A DNA stretch of 63,246 nucleotides, filler included, from Choristocarpus tenellus KU-1152 (taxonomy: Eukaryota; Protista; Phaeophyceae), in NCBI GenBank assembly GCA_964200185.2. It is 13 parts of 13 records of this genome, joined end to end, with 100 filler letters (N's around TTAATTAATTAA, not from the genome) between each part and the next. Parts side by side here need not be neighbours in the genome. Positions count along the whole stretch, not along the records: positions 23,332 to 26,355 come from CAXNAD020022861.1; positions 26,456 to 30,111 come from CAXNAD020018686.1; positions 30,212 to 36,670 come from CAXNAD020008098.1; positions 36,771 to 39,592 come from CAXNAD020024453.1; 9 more parts are not named here. One strand, written 5' to 3'. The translations under genes and the position numbers were made by a program. This document shows, in pieces, positions 26,262 through 39,561 of this stretch; position 1 is the stretch's first letter; each line of letters starts with the position of its first letter. Below the pieces are notes generated by a model that had not been told where the DNA came from, ran no database searches, and worked only from the letters and a program-made list of their open reading frames with translations.

Positions 26262-26355
26262 GACCCAAAGTATCTGTGGGGGGGGGGGGGGCCACATCAA
26301 AGTGTCCATTTGGACCAAAACCAGGAAAAGTGCACTTTCATTATCCATCCAATGT
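26262..26355 (-). mobile_element. Partial copy of the poly-G MITE family at contig end
   Basis: gacccaaagtatctgtggg(n)...gtgtccatttggaccaaaaccaggaaaagtgcac. Confidence 0.8.
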
Positions 26356-26455
26356 NNNNNNNNNNNNNNNNNNNNNNNNNNNNNNNNNNNNNNNNNNNNT
26401 TAATTAATTAANNNNNNNNNNNNNNNNNNNNNNNNNNNNNNNNNNNNNNNNNNNN

Positions 26456-29180
26456 ATCCTGGGGAAGACGTCCACCACGTTGGGGACATGAGACTTGCTG
26501 CACTGCACCCCACATCGGATAGAGATGGACTCCGCCTTCTCCCTGTCGCAACATGGGTACACGTGCCATGCAATGTGGGCGCCGCGCGCTTGCAGATTCT
26601 GAAGTACTGTGTCGGCCCAAGCTTGGTCAATGAAGTCCGGAAGGCTTATCGCTATCGCCAATTGGCCCTTGAACGGTATACTGTTTGATATCTTGAGCAG
26701 CATTAACCGATCCTGCCCATTTAGGCAATAGAATATGTTGCCGGGGTCCGAAGGGTTGCGCCTCTTCCCCATGGGCTGGACCATTCTGAATTCTGCCCGG
26801 AAGTCCTTAGAAAGTTTTGTGCGGTGTGTGGCAGCATCACAAGAGAAGGGACACAAAAGATGTAAGTGCGGCACACATACAAGCATGTCAGTAAGAGAAC
26901 GTTCGAGTATGCTATGTTAACAACGCACCATCGATGAACCCACAACCTCACATGCACAATGAAAAAAACTACTCACGAATGGATCACAACCTGTCAATAT
27001 TTCAACCCAATTTGCCATCCACCCAACCGCGGCTAGCAATGTCAGATTCGCTTTCCGTTTACGGGAGACAAACCATGATGGGTCTTTTATTTTTATGGTA
27101 TGTGGACTTGATACCTGCATTATAAAGTTTAGACAGACACTGTGCTACTCTATGATATGACGAAATCCATCTACACCCTGCAAAAAATATGTGACATCTT
27201 TTGACCTTGACCTCTCTTCGAAAATTTCCCCTCAATCGACACACAGGGTAAGTTCGATTTCAGGGCTGTACACACGTTCACAGTGCTCTGGGATGCGAAC
27301 CTCAAGGCCGCTCTCGATTCCCTGAAGAACAGCGGCGGATTCAGCCACGGGCAAACGGTAGGCGCGAAGAGTCTATTGGTGTAGCATCAGGCCCATGAGT
27401 GGTACACATTTTATGTGTCGACTCTCGGTACGAACGACCGCCGTTGATCTTTTTCAGTTTGATCTTTGCTAATTTTCCACTGTCAAATGCCTTCCTACAA
27501 ATAGGTTGGTCGTACTTTGTTAGGGAGAAATTTCAATATCACAAACTCATACGAGTTCTTCATAAAGACGAAGTAGGGCAATCGATGTTTTATCGAACCA
27601 CATTTTTCATTACGGAAATATATAGTCCCTGGGAATGCACCGGGCTTTCCCGCTTCAAGACGTTTCATATACCTCCCAGAGACCCCATCCATGGCAAAGG
27701 ATTTGTTTCTGTAGCAGGACCAGTCCCGATCATTAGGAAGATGTCTTTCTAATCATACCCCAAGGTATTCTCGATGCAGACACGAGGAAATCAAAGACGT
27801 GTGGTATATGACTCGGAAACTCTGTTGTGAACCTTTCTCCTCGCGAGTGGTACAAATTCCCGTGTCCTCCTAATGTTGTATACGCAGTGCACATTTACAT
27901 GTTAACGATGAAGGAACGGTGTTGTTCTCACACTCGACGGCGACTGTCACTACCCTCACAAATTTGATTTTCCGTACGTAGCATGACATAGAGACGCCAC
28001 CGTTCCCAAACACATTCTTGTCTTCTTTTGTGCATAGCTCCAAAAGCAGGAGTCAAGACTTTGTACGAATGTGCATAGATGTTCTGGGCGTTAAAGGCCC
28101 TGACTTCCTTGGAGAGGACACTCGGTGAGGCTATACGTGAAAGGACATCGTGGAGACAGCCGCTGGTGTGTTCGCAGAGAAGGCTGCTGAAAAGTTGCCT
28201 TCTGACCTGCTCTCCGTGTCATACGTGGTGGGAAAAGAAAGTTTTCCGGAAGAATGGGTAAGCCCCGAATCTGCGTGGGTTCGTCATTGACCCCCATGCA
28301 CATATTACTCTTGTACATTGTACCCCTCTATTACACAGACAATGAAAAACGTGCGAGCATTCTTATATCCTGGTCATCGTACTTTTACGACATAGATATC
28401 ACAATCTACACTACACAACATAACCTCATCACATGCCAAAGTGCTTACATAAAGAGACTAAAACGCTCACAACATCCTACTTCTGTCCTTGGCCACTCCG
28501 TACGCAAATCACCTCTTGCAGTTCTCCAGGACTCTGAAGGGTGTTAGTTCTAAGAAAGAGAACACCAGTAAGACGAAGAAATATTCTGGGAACAAGGAGG
28601 CCAGCACATCCGCGGATGCGACACGGATGAACTCCCCTTCGTCTCTGAAAGACAGAGAAATGCATACGCCAAGCGTATGCACATGATGGATGTCTTCATA
28701 GAGCAGGCTGTTCTGGAGGTGGCGTCGATGAAGATCAACGAACTCAAACTGCACCCCCAATCTACCGATCCTGCGAAAGACCTGTACATCCTCTCGGAGG
28801 AGGTAATTTGTTTCATGCCCACGGTTTACCCTCCCGACTTTATCACATGAGTGTATCCTTTGGCAAACATTCTTGTGCTCGCATCCGTATTCGGTGTCAA
28901 TGTGTGGAGGCTCTGATCTGTGTAAAAATGAACACATTTTCACTTCAAAATTCCGCCCCACCCCTGTGCTTCAAAGGTGGGAAGGAGATTGATCCTGAAA
29001 GGTGTTGACAAGGGTGACGTCTTCGCCAAGATCGTGGAGGCCTCCGATGGTGTTCCCCTCTCCCAAGGACTAGAAGGTGAAGTCAAGCGTGCCAAAATAA
29101 ACGTTTCATTGCGTGATATAATGGGTGATAATGGGAACAGAGATGGAGGAGCAATGGGTCGTTTCTTTCTACGTTTGTGA
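26456..29180 (+). pseudogene. Disrupted, apparently spliced protein-coding sequence of unrecognised family
   Basis: A protein-like frame runs from ~26460 to ~27450 with scattered in-frame stops. GT-AG-bounded segments at 28079-28257 (two TGA), ~28522/28530-28802 and 28977-29180 join in phase. Strand and exon structure are inferred. Confidence 0.5.
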
Positions 29181-30395
29181 AGAACCATCTGACCTGAAAT
29201 ATATTCTAGTCAAGAATACCATGTGTATTGACACGCAACCCCCTCTCCGTACTATAATCATGCAATTAATTTTAAGGTCATTTGCCTACATGTGGTACTT
29301 TTATATGTATTTGTGTATAGGATGGAAGGGGTGCTTGTGTGAGTGAGGCTATGCACTTTTTTTGTTAAAATTGATAATGGCAGAGCAATGTCAATCAAAT
29401 GGTCTCTCCTAGATATATGTGTGTGTACCACAATTATGTAACATCGACTATGCAGGGATGGACCCCTGCATAGTCTGCCTCTTAATACTGTGTGCATCAA
29501 GTGTTGTCTAATTGTTTATCCTCTGAATGTTTCTTCCCACGACCCCTAGGACCGACTTAGTGATTACATAGATGATGATATTAACGCCAGCCCTGGCATT
29601 TCTAACTTCATCATTTTAAGGAATCAGAGTTACGCATGACATTAGTACCATAATGTTTTTCTCACTTGCAATGGATAATGATATGGAACCCATTAAGTTA
29701 CTTTCTCTGGAGTTTAAACTTCCACATCCACGGTTCTCTATCTGCGACCCCCCCCCCACAACACAACACAACACAACACACGTTTCGAACATTTCAAAGA
29801 CAACCATAACAATTTCGTGTGGAACAAGAACACAAGTCGTAAACTCCGGCGTCGATAGCGCATCTTCCTCACTTCCACACATTAATTTCTAACGAGCTCG
29901 CCTTAAAGGCTGTTGTAGGGGTTTGAACACCACTGGCTACAACAAGAAATTACACTTGCCCCAAACCAGACGACAATACACAAAAGATACTCTTAACACA
30001 TCTAATCCTGACATTCATTTCCCGCGCCGATCCAGGTCCGAGGCGTGCCACCTGTGTTGTCATCGCGCCAGGCAAGACCACCCATGGGGTCCACGGCATG
30101 GACGATGTTTGNNNNNNNNNNNNNNNNNNNNNNNNNNNNNNNNNNNNNNNNNNNNTTAATTAATTAANNNNNNNNNNNNNNNNNNNNNNNNNNNNNNNNN
30201 NNNNNNNNNNNGAGAAAGTCTGCGAGAAGTGAGGTGGGGTGGGGGTGGGGAAGGGGGTAGGGGAGGGGGAGGGGGAGGGGGAGGGGGAGCACACGGACAG
30301 ATGCGATACTACACGTATATTATAAAAAAAAAGTTATACCAAGTAAAGAAAAAAGAAGAAAGCTTCACACTCCGAAGTGAGAAAAAAGCCCTCAC

Positions 30396-31926
30396 TCGAC
30401 AAAGGTCCTTGCAGATCGGGGTTGGTACCACGGCTCCCTCTCCTTCCCCCGCCCTCGCGGCTTCTGCCTCCTCTCCCATTTTGCTGAATGAAGAATTCAG
30501 AGAAGGGGTCCACCAGGAGGCCATGAAGAACCCAGGACATTATCTGATTGAGGAGGACCTGGGTGCAGTGCCACAAGAGACGTTCAAACCTACATCTCAC
30601 CTTGGGTGGAATTTTGTGTGGGGATGGGGGGACGAAGGGGGCAGGGGTGCGAGAGAACGTGATGGGGGAAGGGTGGCACTCTTGTCAAGTCGTGTGGGTG
30701 GTGTGTCTGTGTATGGGTGCGAGTAATGAGTGTCTACCCCGGGGCGTGGGGAGCAGCGGGGGGTAGGAATGTCACAAGGTTGAAAAGAGGTTTGAATATA
30801 TATATGCACTTGTGGATGACGTACTCAGAGAGTTGTTGCAATCGGCAACGATACAGCTTGGAACATTGTCAATTCCAGTAACATGATTTTATAGGTACGT
30901 TACGTGACATTACGGTACATTATGACTGTGAAAGCAATAGGTAGGTAGGTATACTTACGTTTACTTGGTAGAAGTGAACCAGTATTAAAAAATGGAAAAA
31001 AAAAACAAGTTAGTATTGACTGTGCCACAACAACATACTCCAGAGCACAGTCACGGTGCATAAACGCCACTCATTCTCTACAACTGCAAAGACCCCGTAG
31101 CAAACACAGCACACTACAGAGTCTAGTACCTGGCTCTGCGATGCATATTCCCCTGCAAACGAAAATCGTGCGTTTGCACAATGTTTACACAACGCCAAAG
31201 TCAGCTCATGTCTCCCGACCATTACGTTTCTGTTTTTACCACATGCTCTGGAGTGCTACAGGGATCAAAGTAGGGTTGCAGTTTAGTCGGTGGTAAGGTT
31301 TAAATGTGAAAGAAACCGACAGCGGGATGATGGGCTTAGGTGTTGTACCAGGTGTTACACCATCAGCGGTATACCTCATACTGCCATACCGACCCGTGAA
31401 CCCTTCCATACCCATACTTAGTCGGCAGCAATCTCCGGCTCCTAAGGGAAATCGGCAGGGCCTGCTGCATCTCAGAACCCCTAGTTTCACACCTGGAGCA
31501 TTGCCACGACTGTATGATATAGCTAACGATTTTAATGAAGATTAAAATTGTGATAGAACGATAAAATCGGGAAGATTGTCCTTGCAATGCATAGATGTGC
31601 ACCGCCTTGAATACCCCCCACCCCCCCCCCCCCCCCCCCCCCACCCCCCCCCCCCCCACCCCCACCCCTCTACAAAACTGTTGCTGTAGGTATGGATAGC
31701 ACATTTTGTACAGTAGTACGGTAATACTCGAGAGAGGGGTACGGAAAGAGGGCTAGGTTTCAATCTGTGGTATGGAATAACCAGTGTGCAAGGATCCGCT
31801 TGACAGAATCTTGGTCGGTCAAAACTGGGAACTTCTAGGATTACTGGCAGCCTGCCCCAAAGTGGTCCTATTTTTGTCGTTGGTCAAGGTATGTCACAGA
31901 ACAGAAGTACGATATCAACACATACA

Positions 31927-31960
<34 letters not shown>

Positions 31961-33480
31961 CACACTTGAACTGTATACTTGAACAAAAAACAGTCCCAAT
32001 TGAGCAGAAAATACTATACTTTGGTGAGGCAAATTGAAGAGATTCTTCACTTAACAACCATGCCTGATGTAACAGAGTTTAGCATGACCACCGCTATTGC
32101 ATCGAAGGTTGTACAATGGTATTGACTGGACATTTTGCAATTATAGTGGGTGTGCGTTTGTGGTAGCAATTCCCCAAACCTCTTGCCATAGTTGACCTAG
32201 ACGTTTGCATTTGGAACAGACAAAGCAATACTCAACTCACATCAGGTGCCCCAAATTGACTCCTTGAATACAGCATCTCCAGCAGTGGTCTTGGGTGCAT
32301 TGGCGCCCTCCTGCTGGACTTGGCAAATGCGGCCTCACAGAACTCAGCCATAGCTGGGAGGACAGCTTGATACTTTGGCATGAATCACAATGTACATATT
32401 TTCAGATAAAGCAAAGAGGAAGGTGGATGGGTCAGGTAGGGCTGTTGTCTTCCTGAAAGACTTGCATTGCAAACGTCAGACAAGAGATGAATAGGCACTG
32501 GACTACACAACAAATAGTAGCGTCAGAAAATCGTACCGTCAATGACGCGGAAGTAGCTTGTGACGGCCAAGTAGCTTGTGACGGCCAAGGGGGTAGCGGG
32601 CAGGGGGAGAACCCTTCGATTAGTGACTAAAACGGTTCGGATCGCCTCGTCTCATGCCAGGGGTTGGGAGGGTGGAGGTGATAGACAAACTGGGAGTCTT
32701 TTCTGTTTCTGATTATACAATAAAAAGGCTACTTGTCAAGGGTCGGTTTAAGTTTGGACGAGCTCCAATCCAATTGAAAGCTTTGCTGCATGTCACTGGT
32801 TGTATGGCGGTTTTGAGAGGGGTACAACGTCTGAAGGTAGCATCTTGTCGAGATTAGTGTTGACAACATTTGTGCAATGTATAGGGCTCTATGATAGCGG
32901 GGGACGGGGCATAGAGAATTTGGACAAAGACAAAGGATGAACGATTCTATCTGGGCCAAGATGCATTCAAGACTCCAAACTGAGTTACTTGGCAATGCAA
33001 GGAGAGATGGGTGTAGTATCCTGGCACATGATGCCACCTCACCTCTCTAAGGCTTGCATTGACTCTTGTCAGGGTGAGGGTAGGATCTTTCATTACGTCC
33101 CTCTCCACCGCGGCCACGCGCTCAGCGTACTCGTCGAGAAGCTCCTCTACTCCTTGCTTCAACGCCCGCACGTACAACTTCTCAGGCGAACGCTCTGGAC
33201 ATTGAGACGCTTCTTCTACAATCAACTCGGAGTCACCACCTGAGATTTCTCCTCGAGGAAGAGGTCGCACAAAGCCACGTAGATAGCGGAAGACACTCCC
33301 TAATCCCACAATCCGGTTGATGGCCTCTCTCTCAGTGGGTGCTAGAAAGGTCATCCTATCTGGGACACGAAATGTACCATTTCCTACTCCTGAACTGGAA
33401 TTACTCTCCTGATGGGTTGCTTCATCTCGGATAATGTTGCCTGGGTGACCGAGGCAGGCCACGAGAACCTCATGGAGCAT
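30396..33480 (-). CDS. TUBGCP4: Gamma-tubulin complex component 4 (GCP4), first three exons
   Basis: Exons 33480-33043 (MLHEVLVACLGHPGNII...LYVRALKQGVEELLDEY...VAAVERDVM), 32372-32241 (YQAVLPAM...LLEMLY...GAPD) and 30600-~30396 (ERLLWHCTQVLLNQIMSWVLHGLLVDPFSEFFI), with phase-0 junctions and GCP4-type motifs. Confidence 0.9.
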
Positions 33481-33742
33481 ACTCACGTAAGGAGTCCCAA
33501 CCCTCACAAGAAGGTCGCACTGGGTCGATCTGTTTCGTGGGGATGTGAGAACAGCATTCTACTACAATAAAGCAATTTTGAAAATCTGAAAAATCTCTTT
33601 CAAATAGTTAAATACCCACAACCACATACTACTACTAATTTTACATCGTTGTAGTGTTGTGGTATAGATGAACTGCCTCTCTTGTTGTAGCTGATACGAT
33701 AGTTGACATTCAGCTACTGCCATCTACTGGTGGGTGGAAAAG

Positions 33743-36403
33743 ATGAGGTATCATACGTCCTGTGTGGCTCTGCTAGTGGGACCATGTGTTGTGTCCCATG
33801 CATTCTCTATTCCAGGCTGCAGAGTCAGATCAGCGACCATGAAACAGTGTGGCCGACCAAGGATGTCTGCAACACCTATTGAGCTTGACCAAGATTCCAC
33901 CCCTCTTGTGGATGCCATGGAAGAGGCATCATCTCGAGTGCGTGCGCCGTTCTTCTTCCCTGGACATAAGATGGGCAGGTAGGATGGATCGTAGTTTGTT
34001 GCAAAATTGAAGGTTTGACTTCTCACAGTGGAAGATCATCGCACCTATTTCGCTGCGGAGACTCCCGAAGTCCTGGACACGAATGCACTTTCTCTTCAAA
34101 CTTTTCTAATCATATTTAACGCCCCTTTTCTCTATCATGAACCTCATCGAAATTTGTCGGTCGTCACCCCAGTGGTGCTCCGAATCGATTTGTGGATGTC
34201 ATCCTCGGAGGTCGGGCGTACACCATGCGATACGACCTCCCAGAACTGCCCGAGCTCGACAACCTCTTCGCTCCAGAGGTATAGTGAACTCCCGCGAAAG
34301 GCGCGTTGTACAGAGTTTACTGACTGCAATGTCAATTGTCAATACGGGCTCTTCGTCAAAGAGCTTCCAGGGTGCTACCAGTATCTGTATGGAGTTGATG
34401 GACGGCATATATCTCTGTGCATTTTGACCTTGGGGGTGTGGGATTTTTCAGGACCAAGTATTAGCAACTACTTGAATGAAACGTCATACTGCATCCGGAT
34501 ATCTACTACCTGTCCGACATCACTACCAGTTTCCTCCAGGCCAGTTTCCTCCAGGTAGCTTCACCCGAGACGTGTCACTGGGGTTTATCTGCTCCATGGC
34601 GCTTCATGTTTATGTAATGGCCTTTAGCAATTATCTGCCCCACCTTTGCGTTTCTTTATGCTCCACTTATACGCACATGGGAGTACGTATGGTTACTCAC
34701 TAATGTACGTGAATGACCAAAACTTTCGTTAACAACTGCTGTTGCAGGGGCCAATAAGAGATGCGGAGATGCTTGCAGCAAAAGCCTTCGGGGCAGCCAA
34801 GACCTGGATGCTGGCAAATGGGAGGTTAGCAGGACTCCGATAATTCTATGTAGAGTAATTGGATGTTGAAGTTATGCCTCTATCTTGAATACTCCTGGTT
34901 GAGCAGCAGCACACATACACTACTGTACTTCCAAGCATACAGTCCTATCACCAGAGGAGACAACTCCTCATAACCCCTCATCAAACACAACACACTGCAC
35001 CACCTGTCTTCATTCCACCCCTTCTATGAAGCACGGCTGGTGTGCTTGCATCCATCTTGGTCTGTGTGCAGTGGCACCAAACCCAACACGAGACAGGAAG
35101 CATAACAGCTGGTCGCGTTGGTTCCAATAGACCAATGTCAGGGAGGAAGGGGCATGGGGTACGATCTCGGCGTCGAAGCATCATTGTATTGCCCAGAGAT
35201 GCCCATAAATCGGCAGTCCACGCCCTGGTCCTCTGTGGCGCAACTCCATGCTTCATTGCCCCTCAAAGGGATCCACATTCTGGAGTCAGTCTGGGCATGA
35301 CAACTGCTTCTATAGAGGAGGCGCTGGAGGAACACGGGGAGCAGGTATTAATCGCATGGACTACACTCCAGAGTACAAGTGTGTAGAGTGAGGTGTCACT
35401 GCGGTGATGTACTACATTTTTCTTTTTCCCTGTTTGTCGTAGTCTTGTGCCTATCTAATTTCAAACACCGTGAAGCAGCTGGTGGAGGGATGAGCAATGC
35501 AACTTAATTCTGCTGCCAAATTCTGTGTTGTCGAAGCATATACGGAGAGCGACTAGACTCTTTGTTCGGCGAGGCATCTGTTGTGTATTGAGCACAGTCA
35601 CTGCATATCCACGGCTAGCCGTTCTATGTAGGACAGAGTGTTGTGGGTAAGTTTGTGAGAGAGGTCCGGTATGCCCGTAGTCTTCAAGCTTCGACGTAGT
35701 TTGTGTGTAATGGTATGACTGTACGGTTGACTGATCCTAAAAAAATGGAATTATACTTAGAGTACGCTTAACCCAACTTGAGAATTCCTCGTGCTTATCA
35801 CCGCAGGGGCGGATTAACAGCGTTTTTCAATTGAGAGCGGATAGTAAGCAATCATACGTTGCACCCCACCGGAGGTACGTATACACACGCTCAATTTGAT
35901 TTTCAAGAGGTAGGGTCATGTTTTCATGTATGTTCCCTTGTTCTTACGACAGCAGCCCTCCCATTACAAGTACAAGTACATGCAAAAGCACGAGTTAGCG
36001 TTAGTCCATAACTTGCAAGGTCTGTAGAGCTTGCACAATTGTTCTGCTTCGCAGTAGTCACTGCCACAGTTGGGGACCCACAAGTAATATCACCCAACCG
36101 TTGTTGGAATATATGAACACATTCTTACTGGTGAAGGTTGCGTACACTTCTCAGGTAGCAGGCGTGTTCATGGTGTCGCCTACCTATGAAGGCGTGTGCG
36201 CAGATATTGCAGCCGCAGCAGAGGTGTGTCATGAGGCAGCGGTGCCGTTAGTAGTGGATGAGGCCCATGGGGCCCACCTGTCCTTCCTTGGAGATGATGA
36301 GGAAGAGGAGGCAGGGGGGGGGGTGCCCCGAGGATATCCAATCGGTGAGAAAGATGGGGCAGGGGAGTTGGAGGCTGGGGGGACTCCATTGCACACTTTC
36401 AAG
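33743..36403 (+). CDS. PLP-dependent Orn/Lys/Arg decarboxylase (bacterial AAT-fold type) with bipartite plastid-type presequence, first five exons
   Basis: Exons 33743-33978, 34173-34278, 34748-34824, 35032-35344 and 36155-~36403 are in phase. Motifs: TPLVDAM..FFFPGHK, YDLPELPELDNLFAPEGPIRDAE..AAKAFGA..TW.LANGST, LPRDAHKSAVHALVLCGATP, VSPTYEG..D......H....LVVDEAHGAHL. The N-terminus MRYHTSCVALLVGPCVVSHA-FSIP is ASAFAP-like. Confidence 0.9.
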
Positions 36404-36899
36404 GTGCTTTTGTTTCTGTGCAGGGTATGTTTGTTCCAACACTGTGTTACACTTGTAACACCGTGTTGCTCAATAGCCATTGGATACACATGCGGTACAA
36501 GTTTTGTATCATATCTTACTGTATCGTACTTGCCGAACATTCATTTTATATATATATATATATATATATTTATTTATTTTTTTATGTTTGGTGTGATGTT
36601 TTTCTTGTGTGCTGTTGTCACTTGATCCTTTTTTTGGTGTTTTTTTTTTTTTTTTTCCACAACTAAAAGANNNNNNNNNNNNNNNNNNNNNNNNNNNNNN
36701 NNNNNNNNNNNNNNTTAATTAATTAANNNNNNNNNNNNNNNNNNNNNNNNNNNNNNNNNNNNNNNNNNNNCCGCCCCCCCACAGATACTTTGGGTCTGAT
36801 ACCCATGTTTTTCCTAATTTACCAGAAGGGAGTGTTAAGAACTCTTTATGAGTGAATTTTAGGAGGGGTTCCGTCAGATCTGTATGATGTGGGATAAGT

Positions 36900-38110
36900 T
36901 GTGGACAAAAAATGCACACACCAAGGATATAACGAATATCTTTGATTGTTCGGGGTGTGGAAAGATCAACAACAGCTTGAATTCAAACCTTACCAAGGCC
37001 TAGTGCTGCACTAGAAACAATGTGCTCAATGTATTCAACTTCTGCGGGGGTCAAACTTCAGTTCACAAGGTTTTAAAGTAAGCCCAGTATTTTGAAGGCC
37101 AACAAAAGGTTTTTCAAGTAAAGCTGTATGATATTTTCAAGTGGACCAACCAAGAATGAGATCATTCGCATTGCAAAGTAGAGACGACGCCATGCCAATA
37201 TCAGAAAGAGCTCGAGCCATCATGCGTTGAAAAATGAATGTGGTCATAGATAAGTCCAAAAGGAAGCCACTTCCATACTAACTTTCCTTTAAGGGTCACA
37301 AAGTCAGTCTTGCCAATATCTGTTTCCGCCACAGGAATTTGAATACATGCTGATTGCACATCTACAACAGAGAGAAACTTTTCCCACCAATGGAATCAAG
37401 ATATTCTTTGGCTAAAGGTATGGATGAAGGTTTAACGAGGTGTTTATTTACTGTCCTTCGATAATCAATGGAGAATCCAGGGGATCCTCGAGGGCCAGGG
37501 CTAGTTGCAATTGTTCCCTGACTCTGCAAAACTTGAACACATTTATCTACGATACCTCTAACACTTGGATTGACTCGATGAAGTGTCCAGTTAACAGGTC
37601 TATCGTCTGGTTTGAGGGGAAGGTCTGCTCCAGCAATTATGCAAATTCCCAATTTGGAGGTATTGAGGCAAAACACTGAACGGAAGTTGCCACAAAGATC
37701 CGGCGTTTCTTGTATTTCAGAGGATGAGAAGATTGGGTTGGTGAAAGCGGGTTCAGCGCAATGTCAAGACAAGTTCATTCACATGGGGGCAGATATGTTG
37801 AAAATAGAGTAGATAAAGTCGAGTAGTATCCTTTGGTAACCGGACTGTTTGGGACGACATACAAGCAAGTTTTACCTACACTGAACCATCATTAACACCC
37901 CAAGTTTTGACTGTTCAGCAACAGATTGCCAAGGATCATTGGCATTTAGTGAACCAGTGTCATGGAATGAATAGATGCATGGTTCTAAAACAGCATCACA
38001 AATAATAGATGGGGTTTTATGACTTAGAGCAGGTACAAGAGTTTCTGAAACCGGGGGATGAAATTTTTTTTCTTGAGGCGAAATGGGACATGTTGAACCT
38101 TGTTTAGAAG
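36900..38110 (-). mobile_element. Degenerate Ty3/Gypsy RT remnant
   Basis: FSIDYRRTVNKHLVK, LDSIGGKSFS, KGKLVWKWLPFGL and FQRMMARAL motifs with stops and frameshifts. Confidence 0.75.
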
Positions 38111-39525
38111 TCAACTTCGTACTTGATCAGTAACAAATGCAATTCAAACTTGAGGGGAGGCACTGGAGGAAAAATTGTGCAAGTTACACACCCCCCATCT
38201 TTTTATTATGTAAGCGGTTAGGGGACCAGGTGCTTACGCGGACTACACACTTACCTACCAGTACTATCGTGCACCTCTCACTGCATTACAGGAGAATGAG
38301 AAAACTGAAAAAAAGTGGCAGGGATTAATTGAGTAGGGATGCTAAGGTGACTACTCAACTACGTATGAGGGAGGAAGCAGAGAGACCAGTTGTGGGATTG
38401 ATGAACAACAAGCGTGAGGAACAAAGTCTGAAAGAAGGCAGTGCAACTACTTGCAGCACAGCAGTTAGGTAGAATGATAATTAGTGCAGTGTGAAATGCC
38501 TCTGACCACAGGGCTAGTGCCGAGACAAAGCTAACACGATAAAATAAGTGTATAGAAGTGCTGGTGTAGATGGTGTAATCTGCCATCATGGACAGGCACT
38601 GAAATGTGACGTAGTATGCGCTTTGGAGTAGAGGAACAATACTTTGTCCGGTTACCATGTATCCAACCGCAGAAAGCACAAAAAAAATCATAGTGCCTTT
38701 GGTTGCTTGGAATATTGAAAATCGTAAGGGCAAGAAACAGTGTACTCCAACTTGTGTCCAAACCGTCCCAGGAGAAGATATCGGAAAGGCTGGACTTCCA
38801 TCTATATAGCCAACCAGCTGCAGAGTCAACCAATAAGAGACCATGCAATGATTTACTATAGTTCCTATCACAGTGCAGAATGTATAGGAGGAAGGTGCAT
38901 TGAATTGTTGCACTCATCTCCACTCCACCTTCAACACAGCAGGAAGCATGCACTTCGGAGCTCAGGAATCCATCTTATCTTCTTAGAGAGGAGGGTCAGT
39001 TTCATGCCCTTCTCATTTATAAAGAGTCATTACAAAGTTCTACTCCGGAGTACTTGACACAGTATTCCCATGCCTGAAATGAGCTAATCCCAACACCCTT
39101 GAGAACCTGTGGCTGCAGAAGAAAAGATGAATGTTCATCCATTCAAGTGTGAAATCACCCTCCACAGTGCTGCAAGTACATGTACCAACGGAAAACAGTC
39201 ACACAGATCCCAAACACTTAACGACACCCCCCTCTCAGGACAGGATGGCTCAGGGCCAGCAGCAGGAACCAAGCTAGTAGTGGTTAAATCGAGCAGAACA
39301 TAGGGGAACAAACGCTATCCTTTGTTCTAAGGTAGGAACGAGAGCGCTGAAGGCTGAAGTACTCACTCTACCCCCACAAAACACTAAAATCGTGGTTAGC
39401 AGCAACCCAGCAGGTCAAGCGCACAACCAGACCACACCCACATAGCCCCATGAATTTCCCCTTTCTACTACAGTAGTAAGCATTTCCTATCCTACCTCAA
39501 AACAGCACACTGGGTCAAAGTATCT

Positions 39526-39561
<36 letters not shown>

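Noticed and set aside
26456-29180. Stop-codon reassignment as the explanation for in-frame stops
   Set aside because: All three stop types occur, and the reconstructed host genes use the standard code with no internal stops.
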